A stretch of 64,000 nt of DNA from Verrucomicrobiota bacterium (GTDB taxonomy: Bacteria; Verrucomicrobiota; Verrucomicrobiia; Opitutales; UBA953), in NCBI GenBank assembly GCA_014193315.1, contig BJHS01000008.1, forward strand, positions 19,001 to 83,000, in the 5' to 3' direction. Shown here piece after piece: positions 29,513-36,719 of the stretch; within the stretch, counting starts at the first letter, position 1; each line of letters starts with the position of its first letter. Both the position numbers and the translations under genes were made by a program. Under the pieces are notes generated by a model, which had not been told where the DNA came from, did not search any database, and saw only the letters and a program-made list of their open reading frames with translations.

Positions 29513-29543
29513 AAAGAAACAGGCCGCCCGGTTGGGCGGCCTG
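29513..29543 (-). terminator. Rho-independent terminator after the amt gene
   Basis: Stem CAGGCCGCCC / GGGCGGCCTG with a 4-nt loop. On the minus strand it is followed by TTTCTTT. Confidence 0.6.
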
Positions 29544-29568
29544 TGGGCCAAACTCCCGCGGAGGGGGC

Positions 29569-31107
29569 TTAGGAGTTGTGGCTGTAGCCTTCTTCGCCGT
29601 GGTCCGAGATGTCCAGGCCGCGGGCTTCTTCTTCCTCGGTCGGGCGCAGGCCGATGGTGGCCTTGAGGACGTAGGCGAGGATCGCGGTCGCGACGAGGGA
29701 GAGGACGAGCGTCACCGCGATGGCCTTGAACTGTTCGGTGACGAGTGTCTTGCCGACCACGTCCTTGAGGTTCGTGGCGAGGTTGCCGTTGGCGTCGACC
29801 GTCGCCAGGACGCCGGTCAGGATAGCCCCGAGAGTCCCGCCGACCGCGTGCACGCCGAAGGTGTCGAGCGCATCGTCGTAGCCGAGCTTCGACTTCAGGT
29901 AGACCACCGCGAGGAAGGGCACCACGCCCGCGAGGACCCCGATGAGGATCGCGCCCGAGGCGGAGACGAAGCCGGCGGCGGGGGTGATGACCACGAGACC
30001 AGCGACGGCTCCCGAGCAGAGCCCGAGGATGCTGGCGTGCTTACGGAGGATCCATTCGAGACCGGCCCAGGTGAAGGCGGCGACGGCGGCGGCGAGGGTC
30101 GTGGTCATGAAGGCCTGCGCGGCGACACCGTCAGCGGCGAGGGCCGAGCCGGCGTTGAAGCCGTACCAACCCACCCAAAGGATGCCCGTGCCGACGGCGC
30201 AGAGGACCATGCTGTGCGGGGCCATGGACTTCTTGCCGAAGCCGAGGCGCGGGCCGAGCATGATGCAGAGAAGCAGGGCAGACCAGCCGGAGGTCATGTG
30301 GACGACGGTACCGCCGGCGAAGTCGATGGCCTTGATCGGGGCGGTGGCGTTCCAGACGCCGTTCATATCGCCAGTGATGCCCCAGATCGCGTGGGCCATC
30401 GGGAAGTAGACGAGGAACATCCAGCCGAGCATGAAGAGCATCATGGCGGAGAACTTCATGCGTTCGGCGATGGCGCCGACGATGAGGGCCGGGGTGATGA
30501 TCGCGAACATGAGCTGGTACATCGCGAAGACGTTCTGGGAGATCCAGTAGGCGTAGTCGGTGTTCGGGGCGGAGGTCACCCCGTTGAAGAAGAAGAACTC
30601 GCTGCCCCCGAAGATGTGCCCGAGGGTCGTGCCGCTGAAGTTCTTGCCGAACACGAGGGAGTAGCCGCAGGCCCACCAGAGCACGGCGACCAGGCCGGCC
30701 AGGCCGAAGCACTGGGCGACGACCGAGAGGACGTTCTTGGAGCGCACGAGGCCGCCGTAGAACAGGAATAAGCCGGGGAGCGTCATGAAGAGGACCAGCG
30801 CGGCGCTGACCATCATGAACGCATTGTGGCCGGGACCGGCGACGCCGACGGTCGGCGTGGTCAGGCCTTCGGGGAGGGTCGGTTTGCCATCCTTGTCCTT
30901 CGGGCCGACCAACAGGGAGGCACCGGGGTCGGTATTACCGACATAAGCTTCCAGACCAGCAATGCGCTGTTCGAGCGTCGGCGCGGGCGGGGCTTTGGCG
31001 GCGGCCGGAGCGGGCGCCGGCGCTGGGGCGGGTGCGGTCTGCGCCGACGACAGGAAGGGCACTGCCGCCAGAGCGAGGATGGTGAGGGTTCGAGACAGGG
31101 AGTTCAT
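29569..31107 (-). CDS. amt: Ammonium transporter (Amt family) with signal peptide and Ala/Pro-rich N-terminal extension
   Basis: DFAGGTVVHMTSGWSAL and GVHAVGGTLGAILTG Amt motifs. Start taken at MNSLSRTLTILALAAVPFLSSAQ (residue 121 of track ORF 29569..31467). Confidence 0.9.
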   Translation of the reverse strand: MNSLSRTLTILALAAVPFLSSAQTAPAPAPAPAPAAAKAPPAPTLEQRIAGLEAYVGNTDPGASLLVGPKDKDGKPTLPEGLTTPTVGVAGPGHNAFMMVSAALVLFMTLPGLFLFYGGLVRSKNVLSVVAQCFGLAGLVAVLWWACGYSLVFGKNFSGTTLGHIFGGSEFFFFNGVTSAPNTDYAYWISQNVFAMYQLMFAIITPALIVGAIAERMKFSAMMLFMLGWMFLVYFPMAHAIWGITGDMNGVWNATAPIKAIDFAGGTVVHMTSGWSALLLCIMLGPRLGFGKKSMAPHSMVLCAVGTGILWVGWYGFNAGSALAADGVAAQAFMTTTLAAAVAAFTWAGLEWILRKHASILGLCSGAVAGLVVITPAAGFVSASGAILIGVLAGVVPFLAVVYLKSKLGYDDALDTFGVHAVGGTLGAILTGVLATVDANGNLATNLKDVVGKTLVTEQFKAIAVTLVLSLVATAILAYVLKATIGLRPTEEEEARGLDISDHGEEGYSHNS

Positions 31108-31121
31108 GGCAGTTACCCTTT

Positions 31122-31138
31122 CGCAACCCCCGTGCCAA
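31122..31138 (-). promoter_or_regulatory. Sigma54-type -24/-12 element upstream of amt (29569..31107)
   Basis: The minus strand reads TGGCAC-GGGGG-TTGC, a full match to the TGGCAC-N5-TTGC core. The C of TTGC lies 15 nt before the ATG. Confidence 0.45.
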
Positions 31139-31249
31139 GCCTCCGGGACCGAGGGTTCCCTTAAAATGTGTCCAAAATCAATCTTACCGTGCGGAGCAGT
31201 TTGCCTTTTTTCAGGCAAAACGGCTCGACGCAGCGGCCGCGCCCGGGGC

Positions 31250-32527
31250 TTAACCGTGATTATAGCCTTCTTCGTTATGGTCGGCGATATCCAGCCCTTG
31301 CGCTTCTTCCTCCTCCGTCGGGCGCAAGCCGATCGAGCGGTCGACGATTTTCGCCAGCAGCCATGTCGCCGCCAGCGAAAGCGCGATGCACGTGGCCATG
31401 GCGACGCATTGGCCCGCGAGCAATCCGTGACCGATGAGTTTCCCGCCCGCCGCGTTGGCGGCCCCATCCATCAGCAGCGCCGTCGCGAGGGCGCCGATTG
31501 TGCCGCCGACGCCGTGCACGCCGAAGGTATCTAGTGCGTCGTCGTAGCCGAACTTGGTTTTGAGCATCGAGCAAGCGCCGTAAGAAAGCAGGCCGGCGAG
31601 CGCACCGATGAGCACAGCCGAGGCGCCGGAGACGAAACCCGCGGCGTTGGTGATGGTGGCCAGGCCGGCGATAGCGCCGGAGCAGAGCCCGAGGACGGAC
31701 GGCTTGCCGCGATGCAGCTTCTCGACGAACGCCCAAGAAAGCGTGGCGGCCGCGGCGCCCAGGGTCGTGGTGAGGAAGGCTTGGATGGCGACGCCGTCCG
31801 CGGCCAGTGCCGAGCCGGCGTTGAAGCCGTACCAGCCGGCCCAGAGGAAGCCGGTGCCAGCGACGCAAAGGACCATGCTGTGGGGCGCCATCGACCGTTT
31901 ACCGAAGCCTTGGCGCGGGCCGACCACGATGCACAGGAGGAGCGCCGACCAGCCCGAGGTCATGTGCACGACGATGCCGCCGGCGAAGTCCGCCGCCTTG
32001 AAGGCCGCGTGTTCGTTGGCGAGGCCGGCGAAGTCGCCGGTGGCGCCCCAGACGGCGTGCGCGATTGGGTAGTAGACGACCAGCGTCCACAGGGCGGAGA
32101 AGAGGAGCACGGCGGAGAACTTCATGCGCTCGGCGACGGCCCCGATGATCAGCGCGGGGGTGATGGCGGCGAACATCGCCTGGAAGAGGGCGAAGGTGGC
32201 GGCGGAGATGCGCGGCTCGTAGGGTGACGACTCGAGGCCGACGCCTTTGAAAGCGAAGTGCTCGGCGCCGCCGAAGAGGTGCCCGAGCAGGCCGCCCTCG
32301 AAGCTGCGACCAAAGACGAGCGAGTAGCCGAAGCCCCACCACATCAAGAGCCCGAGAGCGGTGAGGGCGAGGCACTGGGCCGCGATGGATAGGACGTTCT
32401 TCGCCCGGACGAGCCCGCCATAGAAAAGAAAGAGCCCCGGGATGCACATCATCAGCACGAGGGCGGTACTCACGAGGACCCAGGCGTTATCGCCAGCGGT
32501 TGGGGTGGTGATGGCAGAAATAATCAT
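31250..32527 (-). CDS. amt: Ammonium transporter (Amt family), second paralog
   Basis: DFAGGIVVHMTSGWSAL and GVHGVGGTIGALATA motifs. Start taken at MIISAITT (residue 18 of the track ORF, whose first 17 codons lie in AT-rich promoter DNA). Confidence 0.9.
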   Translation of the reverse strand: MIISAITTPTAGDNAWVLVSTALVLMMCIPGLFLFYGGLVRAKNVLSIAAQCLALTALGLLMWWGFGYSLVFGRSFEGGLLGHLFGGAEHFAFKGVGLESSPYEPRISAATFALFQAMFAAITPALIIGAVAERMKFSAVLLFSALWTLVVYYPIAHAVWGATGDFAGLANEHAAFKAADFAGGIVVHMTSGWSALLLCIVVGPRQGFGKRSMAPHSMVLCVAGTGFLWAGWYGFNAGSALAADGVAIQAFLTTTLGAAAATLSWAFVEKLHRGKPSVLGLCSGAIAGLATITNAAGFVSGASAVLIGALAGLLSYGACSMLKTKFGYDDALDTFGVHGVGGTIGALATALLMDGAANAAGGKLIGHGLLAGQCVAMATCIALSLAATWLLAKIVDRSIGLRPTEEEEAQGLDIADHNEEGYNHG

Positions 32528-32540
32528 CTTGTTGTGTATT

Positions 32541-32558
32541 AAGCACTTTATGTGCCAA
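32541..32558 (-). promoter_or_regulatory. Sigma54-type -24/-12 element upstream of amt (31250..32527)
   Basis: The minus strand reads TTGGCAC-ATAAA-GTGCTT (GG-N10-GC spacing kept, -12 box GTGC rather than TTGC). The C lies 15 nt before the ATG. Confidence 0.5.
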
Positions 32559-32632
32559 AATTTAGGCAAATTCTGCAAGCCACTTGCCTTCGAGGGAAAT
32601 CACCCCAAAAATGAAAAATAACCGTAAGTGCT

Positions 32633-33523
32633 ATGTTTAAAAGAAAGCAGATTGCCCTAGTTTGGGCATCAATGGCCTGGCTAGGTTCCGTCAACGTTCA
32701 TGCCCAGGATAAGCCTTGGTTGGTCATGGCTGACTGGCAACGGCGTGCCCCGGATGCCATCTCCCATGCGGGGGGCGAGACGGGCACCTATGGGCGCAGC
32801 CGCACGGGCTTCGAAGTGATCTGGAAGCAGCCGACCGAGGCGCTTGACCTAGAATGGTATCGCTACACCCAGAACTTCGACGGGCTGGCCGCCAACAGCG
32901 ACCGGCGCTACGGCGATGCCGATGACCTGATCCTCACCGGTTTCAAGCAGTGGGATCATGGCGGGCGTTATGCGGTCCAACTCATCTACGCCGCGGAGTG
33001 GGCGGCCGACACCCGCTTGGCTTTGACCGAAGGTTTCCGCTGGGGGCTCGGGGGCGCGGTGCGCTGGCGGCCGAGCGATGAGCTCGATATCGCGCTCGGC
33101 TTGGTCTTCCAGTCCCGCTTCGAGATGACGGTCCTACCGGTGCCTTATGTGAAGGCCATCTGGCGTCCTGATGCGACCGCGGAGTTCGAGCTTCGCGCCA
33201 GCGGTTTGCAGAACGGCCTCTTCATCCGCTGGTTCCTCACGGCGGATCGGGCCACGATGCTCGACGCCTCGATGGCCTACGAAACCCTGACCTTCCGGCT
33301 CACGGATGGTTCCTATGGCGCGCGCGCGGTCGCCATCGGGGAGGTGCCGTTGCGGGTCGGGATCACGCAGTTCCTCGAGCCCACCGGGACCTGGTTTGTC
33401 CGGGGTTCGGCGGAGTGGGTGGCTTTCGCCCGACATTCTTTCCGCCATGACGGCGAGTCGATGGGGGCCTTCCAGCCGGGGGCGAGCTGGGGTCTGGCCG
33501 TGCGCTTGGGGGCGCGTTTCTGA
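32633..33523 (+). CDS. Putative outer-membrane beta-barrel protein
   Basis: Signal peptide ending VHAQ, alternating hydrophobic beta-strand pattern, and a C-terminal GLAVRLGARF (terminal Phe beta-signal). Confidence 0.5.
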   Translation: MFKRKQIALVWASMAWLGSVNVHAQDKPWLVMADWQRRAPDAISHAGGETGTYGRSRTGFEVIWKQPTEALDLEWYRYTQNFDGLAANSDRRYGDADDLILTGFKQWDHGGRYAVQLIYAAEWAADTRLALTEGFRWGLGGAVRWRPSDELDIALGLVFQSRFEMTVLPVPYVKAIWRPDATAEFELRASGLQNGLFIRWFLTADRATMLDASMAYETLTFRLTDGSYGARAVAIGEVPLRVGITQFLEPTGTWFVRGSAEWVAFARHSFRHDGESMGAFQPGASWGLAVRLGARF

Positions 33524-33530
33524 TTCAGCC

Positions 33531-34529
33531 GTGCGTGCGTTTTCCTGCGGGTTGCTCTTGATCGCCGCCGGCTTGCCCGCGGTGACTCCGGTCGACACCG
33601 CGAAGCGAACCCGGGCCGAACTCGAGGCGGGCTTGAAGGCCTTGGAGGCGAAGCATCGCTCGGAGAAGAATCCGGCTCAGCCGGTCGCGCCGAAGGAGGA
33701 AGGCGCGCCCGCCGAAAAGCCGAAAGGGAAGGGCGCCGGGGCCGACCTCGTCATCAAACCCGATGAGCTGAAGCGGGCCCGCGGCGAACTGCTGCGTCTG
33801 AACGGGTACCGTTTTCTCTGCGGGCTGGAGGCCGAGGTGAAGCTGAAGGATGAGTTCACCCTGACTTGCAAGTATGGGGCTTACCTTTGCAGCGTGCTGG
33901 GGCATATCGAACACACGCCACCGAAGCCGGCGGGGATGGAGGAGACGCTCTTTCGCAAGGGCTACGAGGGGACCTCGCATGCGAATCTCTTCTCCACGTC
34001 CGGCCCGGATGGTCTGACGGGCTCGGTCGATGGTTACATGGACGACAGCGATGAGAAGAATGTCGGCGGCGTGGGCCACCGCCGCTGGTGCCTCAATCCC
34101 GCCATGGGCGCCACCGGGTTCGGGCAAGTCCGCGGGTTCTCCGCCATGTGGTCGATGGATGGCTCGAATGCCACCGTGACCAACGACCAACTGGTCTGCT
34201 TTCCCGCCGCCGGCTTCTGGCCGCTGGCTTATTACCGGGCGCGCACGGCCTGGAGCATTTCGGCCGAGCCCGGGCGCTACCAGTTCGCCGACAAGGCGGC
34301 CCCGAAGGTCTACCTCCTGGGGGGCTCGGATCGCTTCCCCGCGGACGTGAAAGGCTTGAAGGAACTCAAGGTTACCGATGTGCGTGTTTCCCGGGAAGGC
34401 ATGGGTACGCCGCAGTGCCTGATTTTCCGGCCGGAGGTCCTGCCGCGGCGCGGGACGCGCGTCGGGGTGGTCGTCCCGCTCAAAGGCTGGACGGCCCCGA
34501 ACCTCGAGTACGTGGTCGAGTTCTACTGA
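33531..34529 (+). CDS. Secreted hypothetical protein, possibly CAP/SCP-like C-terminal domain
   Basis: GTG start gives the hydrophobic leader VRAFSCGLLLIAAGLPA. GHRRWCLNPAMGATGFG resembles the PGHRxNILNP...GVG motif of bacterial CAP domains (weak). Confidence 0.4.
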   Translation: MRAFSCGLLLIAAGLPAVTPVDTAKRTRAELEAGLKALEAKHRSEKNPAQPVAPKEEGAPAEKPKGKGAGADLVIKPDELKRARGELLRLNGYRFLCGLEAEVKLKDEFTLTCKYGAYLCSVLGHIEHTPPKPAGMEETLFRKGYEGTSHANLFSTSGPDGLTGSVDGYMDDSDEKNVGGVGHRRWCLNPAMGATGFGQVRGFSAMWSMDGSNATVTNDQLVCFPAAGFWPLAYYRARTAWSISAEPGRYQFADKAAPKVYLLGGSDRFPADVKGLKELKVTDVRVSREGMGTPQCLIFRPEVLPRRGTRVGVVVPLKGWTAPNLEYVVEFY

Positions 34530-34535
34530 GGCCGT

Positions 34536-34781
34536 TCACGCCGCGCGCGCGGCCGCGGTGAACAGCGCATCGCGTCGCCGGATCGCTTCCGCCGGGTCCT
34601 TCGTCCCCAGTGAACGGCGGACGCGGCGCTTGGTGAAATCCGGCAGGTGTTCGGTGAAATGCACCCACCAGGTGCCGTTGTTCTCCCAGAGGTGGTGGAA
34701 CGGGTTGTCCCGCCGCACGCGAAGGGAGAGGCGGGCGGGGGCGGTCGGGTGGGTCGGGTTGGTCTCGTGGGTGTTGATCAT
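34536..34781 (-). CDS. Small protein resembling an integrase N-terminal (arm-type) DNA-binding module
   Basis: NNGTWWVHFT...RRVRRSLGTKDPAEAIRRRDALF follows the pattern seen at the N-terminus of tyrosine recombinases. No catalytic domain follows. ATG at 34781 lies inside track ORF 34536..34904. Confidence 0.3.
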   Translation of the reverse strand: MINTHETNPTHPTAPARLSLRVRRDNPFHHLWENNGTWWVHFTEHLPDFTKRRVRRSLGTKDPAEAIRRRDALFTAAARAA

Positions 34782-35016
34782 GGTCGTCGGTGAAAGGGAC
34801 GCATCACGATCAATCCTGCGGGGACTGGTTTGTAGCCTGACGGCTCTCATCTCGGGAATGGTTTCCCGGAACCACCGTGGCCTGTTGGGGCTCGGTTGGT
34901 GCAAGCGGCTTGCGCCGTTTTGCTCGTGATGCGACTGCTAAGGAACGGCCTTCACCATGGCGGTCGTCCGACCCGAGGCAAGCGCGGGGTTTGTCATACG
35001 GCTCGCGGGGGCCGGC

Positions 35017-35655
35017 TCAGCGGGGCTCCGTGATGCCAGCGGCCGTCCGGAGTTTCTTCAAGGCGGGTCCGGCGGCGTCCAGTGCCTTGGCGTAAGCGGC
35101 GGCGTCGGTTTCCCGGGTGGTGGCGGCGACGGCAGCGGCTTTCTCCGCTTCGGCCAGCGCCTCGGCGGACCGGCCTTGATTGGCTTTGGTGCGGGCCAGC
35201 TGCTTGCGTTCATTCCCTAGCCGCGTGTTCAAGGTCTGGTAGGTGGATTGGTATTGGGCGGCCTGCTTCTCGTCGCGGTTCCGCCAGCGATCGTAGTTGG
35301 CCTTGGCCGTCTCCGCTTGTTTCTCCAAGTCGTCAATCTCGGCCTTTTGGCGCCCCAGCCGGTCCTTCTCGCGTTGCACCGATTTGGCCTCGTCCGCTGC
35401 CTTGGTCGCGGCCAGTTCGGCGGCTTGGTGGGCGGCCCGGAGTCGCAGGTAGCCCGCGCGGAGGTCCGCGCGTTCGACTTCCGCCACGCTGGCGCGGATC
35501 TCCTCCAGACGCGCGCTCGGCAGGTCCGCGCGGCGCTGATCGTACGCGAGCGAGAAGACGGCGCCGCCCGGCAGGGGCGTCGCCGTCACGCGGGGCGGCG
35601 AGGGCGGGAGCTCCGGTGTCGTGGCGGCGAGCAGGAGGGCGAGGACGATGGGCAT
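35017..35655 (-). CDS. Secreted coiled-coil hypothetical protein
   Basis: Short signal-like leader MPIVLALLLAATT, then heptad-rich, charged Ala/Glu/Lys/Arg sequence. Confidence 0.45.
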   Translation of the reverse strand: MPIVLALLLAATTPELPPSPPRVTATPLPGGAVFSLAYDQRRADLPSARLEEIRASVAEVERADLRAGYLRLRAAHQAAELAATKAADEAKSVQREKDRLGRQKAEIDDLEKQAETAKANYDRWRNRDEKQAAQYQSTYQTLNTRLGNERKQLARTKANQGRSAEALAEAEKAAAVAATTRETDAAAYAKALDAAGPALKKLRTAAGITEPR

Positions 35656-35746
35656 GGCTGGAGATTGCGGCCCGGGCGCGCGAATACAACCACCCGTCCC
35701 GGGAATGCGCTCGCCGCCGGTGTTACCTTAGGTTCTTCTAGAAGGC

Positions 35747-36001
35747 GTGGGTTTCTTCCGCTTCCATCGTTCCGTCCGGCTTGGCCGTTTCCTCCGCCTG
35801 AACCTCTCGAAGACCGGGCCCTCCGTCTCGGTCGGGCGCCCGGGGGCGACCGTGAATCTCCGTGGCGATAAAGTCGACGGCACCGTCGGCGTGCCGGGCA
35901 CAGGTCTGTCGTATCGCGCGCGTTTGGCGAACCGCGGCTGCGCCGCGGTGTTCGTCGCGGGCGCGGCGCTCGCCGGCGCGGCCTGGCTTTGGTTGGCCTG
36001 A
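35747..36001 (+). CDS. DUF4236-like small protein
   Basis: GFFRFHRSVRLGRFLRLNLSKTGPSVSVGRPGATVNL...GVPGTGLSY matches my recollection of the DUF4236 repeat pattern. Confidence 0.55.
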   Translation: MGFFRFHRSVRLGRFLRLNLSKTGPSVSVGRPGATVNLRGDKVDGTVGVPGTGLSYRARLANRGCAAVFVAGAALAGAAWLWLA

Positions 36002-36025
36002 CTGCGTCGCGCGTCGCGCCGCAAG

Positions 36026-36109
36026 TGCCCGGGAAAGGACTCGAACCTTCACGCCTTTAGAGGGCGGCGGATTTTGAGTCCGCTGCGGCTGCCATTTCGC
36101 CACCCGGGC
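36026..36109 (-). tRNA. tRNA-Leu (anticodon CAA), long variable arm, no encoded CCA
   Basis: The reverse complement reads GCCCGGG-TG-GCGAAATGGCAGCCGC...GCGGA-CTCAAAA-TCCGC, then the variable arm, GAAGGTTCGAGTCCTTT and CCCGGGC-A. Confidence 0.9.
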
Positions 36110-36151
36110 GGGTTGCGGATGAACATTCATTCCATGGAGGGCCGACGGGGC

Positions 36152-36183
36152 AAGAAAAGAAAGACCCGCGGGTGCCGCGGGTC
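36152..36183 (-). terminator. Second hairpin downstream of hup
   Basis: Perfect 9-bp stem GACCCGCGG / CCGCGGGTC. On the minus strand it is followed by TTTCTTTTCTT. Confidence 0.4.
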
Positions 36184-36196
36184 CGGAGGGGCCGAC

Positions 36197-36225
36197 AAAA
36201 AAGGCGCTCCGTGCGGAGCGCCTTT
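36197..36225 (-). terminator. Rho-independent terminator of hup
   Basis: Stem GGCGCTCCG / CGGAGCGCC. The minus-strand tail is TTTTTT. Confidence 0.65.
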
Positions 36226-36245
36226 CGTCGTCGATACGAAGCGGA

Positions 36246-36533
36246 TTACTTCGAGCCGAGGATCGCGTCCTTCGCGGCCTTGGCCACGCGGAACTTCACG
36301 ACCTTCTTGGCCTTGATCTGGATCGTTTCGCCGGTGGCCGGGTTGCGACCGAGGCGGGCCTTGCGGTGGACGAGCACGAGCTTGCCGAGGCCGGGGAGCG
36401 TGAAGGAGTTCTTCGCGTTCTTATAGGCGAGGGCGGCGATGATCTCGAGGATAGCAGTGGCCTGCTTCTTAGAGAGCTCGGCCTTCTCGGCGAGGGCGGC
36501 GGCGATTTGGGACTTGGTGAGGGCTTTGGACAT
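36246..36533 (-). CDS. hup: HU family DNA-binding protein
   Basis: 95 aa. MSKALTKSQIAAALAEKAELSKKQA... and the arm RLGRNPATGETIQIKAKKVVKFR. Confidence 0.9.
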   Translation of the reverse strand: MSKALTKSQIAAALAEKAELSKKQATAILEIIAALAYKNAKNSFTLPGLGKLVLVHRKARLGRNPATGETIQIKAKKVVKFRVAKAAKDAILGSK

Positions 36534-36719
36534 GTTGTTTTGGGTTAGTGGTGCAGTGATGCGGGTGTATTTAGTAGCGAACCCCACGCTGATAACCAGC
36601 GAAAAATAAGGGTATCTTGCAAGTCGCCCGGACCCCGGCTCGGCGGCGACCACCGGTACGAAAAAACTTTTGCCTGTGGTCGGTGTCTGTCATATCACCT
36701 CCCGCCCCCACCCACCTCC

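Noticed and set aside
31108-31467. The 120-codon N-terminal extension of the first amt ORF, and the 17-codon extension of the second (32528..32578).
   Set aside because: The extensions are Arg/Lys-rich or AT-rich non-Amt sequence covering the intergenic promoters. The internal Met residues start a signal peptide and TM1 respectively.
34390-34399. CCCGGGAAGG inside the CAP-like gene as a possible att repeat of the tRNA-Leu 3' end (GCCCGGGAAAGG at 36027-36038).
   Set aside because: The match is only ~10 nt and has an indel, in GC-rich coding sequence. It is too short to distinguish from chance.
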